In this document: positions 62,710 through 64,000 of the stretch, in pieces
How positions within the stretch are numbered: position 1 is the stretch's first letter
Layout of the letters: the number at the start of each line of letters is the position of its first letter
Assembly: GCA_950097015.1 (NCBI GenBank)
Contig: CATNEN010000039.1
Span: 15,066,001 to 15,130,000 of the forward strand
Direction of reading: 5' to 3'
Origin: Macrostomum hystrix
Taxonomy: Eukaryota; Animalia; Platyhelminthes
DNA: 64,000 nucleotides
Position numbers and translations under genes: made by a program
Notes under the pieces: generated by a model
What the model saw: the letters and a program-made list of their open reading frames with translations, nothing else
What the model was told of the DNA's origin: nothing
Databases searched by the model: none

Positions 62710-63363
62710 TACGAGGGGTGTTTTAAAAGTAGCGAGAATTTAGTCATAACTTTTTAATGGATAAACTTTTAAATTTGAAATTTTTACCCTGCAATTTTGC
62801 ATATATGGACAGCACACAGCTTCAGTTGCAACCCTGTCGGTCTAGATGCACCAGTGAAATCTCACATTGGAGTCCAGACCTCGAGATTAAAAATTACGAT
62901 TTTTGTCTGTGGAAAAGAGTGAACAGGTAAACGTGTTTGTTGTGTCAAAATCAGCGCCTTCGTCCATTTCTTCAGCGATTTCAGCACGTTCCACAAAGCT
63001 GCCATTGAGCTGGATACACTTCTCATAGCGATGCAGCAGTTTGTCGATTCCCTCCCCCCAAAAACTCGCAGGCAGCGCATGGAGAGATTCGTTGGCCGCC
63101 GCAATGACTTCCTGTCGACTGGTGAAGACGCGACCTCGCATGGGCTTCTTCATTACTCCAAACAAGTGAAAGTCAGCAATGGCGAGGTCTGGTGAATAGG
63201 GTGGAGGATCAAGCAGCCGAAAGCCGAGCTCTTCCACTTTCCTTGTGGTGGCCGCGGCGACGTGAGGGCGAGCATTGTCCCACAATATGAAGGGCCTGGC
63301 ACGCATGATGCGGCGCTTCTGGAGGATGACTTCACGCAGACAAGCAAAGCACTTTTCAGTCAA
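62710..63363 (-). mobile_element. Mariner (D,D34D) DNA transposon, 3' part: catalytic C-terminal half of the transposase plus the 3' TIR
   Basis: ORF 62887-63363 contains DNARPH...PPYSPDLAIADFHLF with exactly 34 residues between the 2nd and 3rd catalytic Asp. TA at 62710-62711 is followed by the mariner-type terminus CGAGGGGTGTTTTAAAAGT. The N-terminal part is absent from the window, where a 26-bp minisatellite lies instead. Confidence 0.9.
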
Positions 63364-63422
63364 GAATTTGCAATTTTGGGTTTTTGCTATTATTTTCTAA
63401 ACTCGTATTTCTCTATTCCCAC

Positions 63423-64000
63423 AGATTATATTTCTCAATTCTCATCTCAGATTCTATTTCTCGATCCTCATCTCAGATTCTATTTCTCAATCCTCATCTC
63501 AGATTCTATTTCTCAATCCTCATCTCAGATTATATTTCTCGATCCTCATCTCAGATTCTATTTCTCAATCCTCATCTCAGATTCTATTTCTCAATCCTCA
63601 TCTCAGATTCTATTTCTCAATCCTCATCTCAGATTCTATTTCTCAATCCTCATCTCAGATTCTATTTCTCAATCCTCATCTCAGATTCTATTTCTCAATC
63701 CTCATCTCAGATTCTATTTCTCAATCCTCATCTCAGATTATATTTCTCAATCCTAATCTCAGATTCTATTTCTCAATCCTCATCTCAGATTCTATTTCTC
63801 AATCCTCATCTCAGAATTTATTTCTCGATCCTCATCTCAGATTCTATTTCTCAATCCTCATCTCAGATTCTATTTCTCAATCCTCATCTCAGAATTTATT
63901 TCTCGATCCTCATCTCAGATTCTATTTCTCAATCCTCATCTCAGATTATATTTCTCAATCCTAATCTCAGATTCTATTTCTCAATCCTCATCTCAGATTC
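63423..64000. repeat. 26-bp minisatellite (CTCAATCCTCATCTCAGATTCTATTT)
   Basis: Tandem periodicity; the array runs off the window end. Confidence 0.95.

Overview
This is eukaryotic (metazoan) genomic DNA with GT-AG introns, GC-richer exons and about 40 distinct minisatellite arrays. The pattern resembles a free-living flatworm such as Macrostomum, but that is inference only. I built four multi-exon genes by hand with consistent splice phases: a CNBD2-like cyclic-nucleotide-binding protein (+, 23411-32855, ~827 aa), an AMFR/gp78 RING-H2-CUE ERAD E3 ligase (-, 35868-41313, ~654 aa), a nucleobindin (+, 47047-56791) and SEC13 (+, 58774-61515, ~341 aa). Also present are the 3' part of a D34D mariner with its TIR (62710-63363), tRNA/CORE-SINE fragments and a candidate small secreted-peptide gene (-, 5482-5814). 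Almost all long ORFs in the track are stop-free minisatellite artefacts. The most notable result is the nucleobindin, which carries two pairs of tandemly duplicated paralogous exons (one pair forced by reading frame to be mutually exclusive), a His/Asp-rich tail made from a coding minisatellite, and a possible alternative last exon. Also notable are an intronic repeat in the CNBD2-like gene that forms an array of RFX X-boxes, and a strongly base-paired segment behind CCAAT/TATA motifs between nucleobindin and SEC13.
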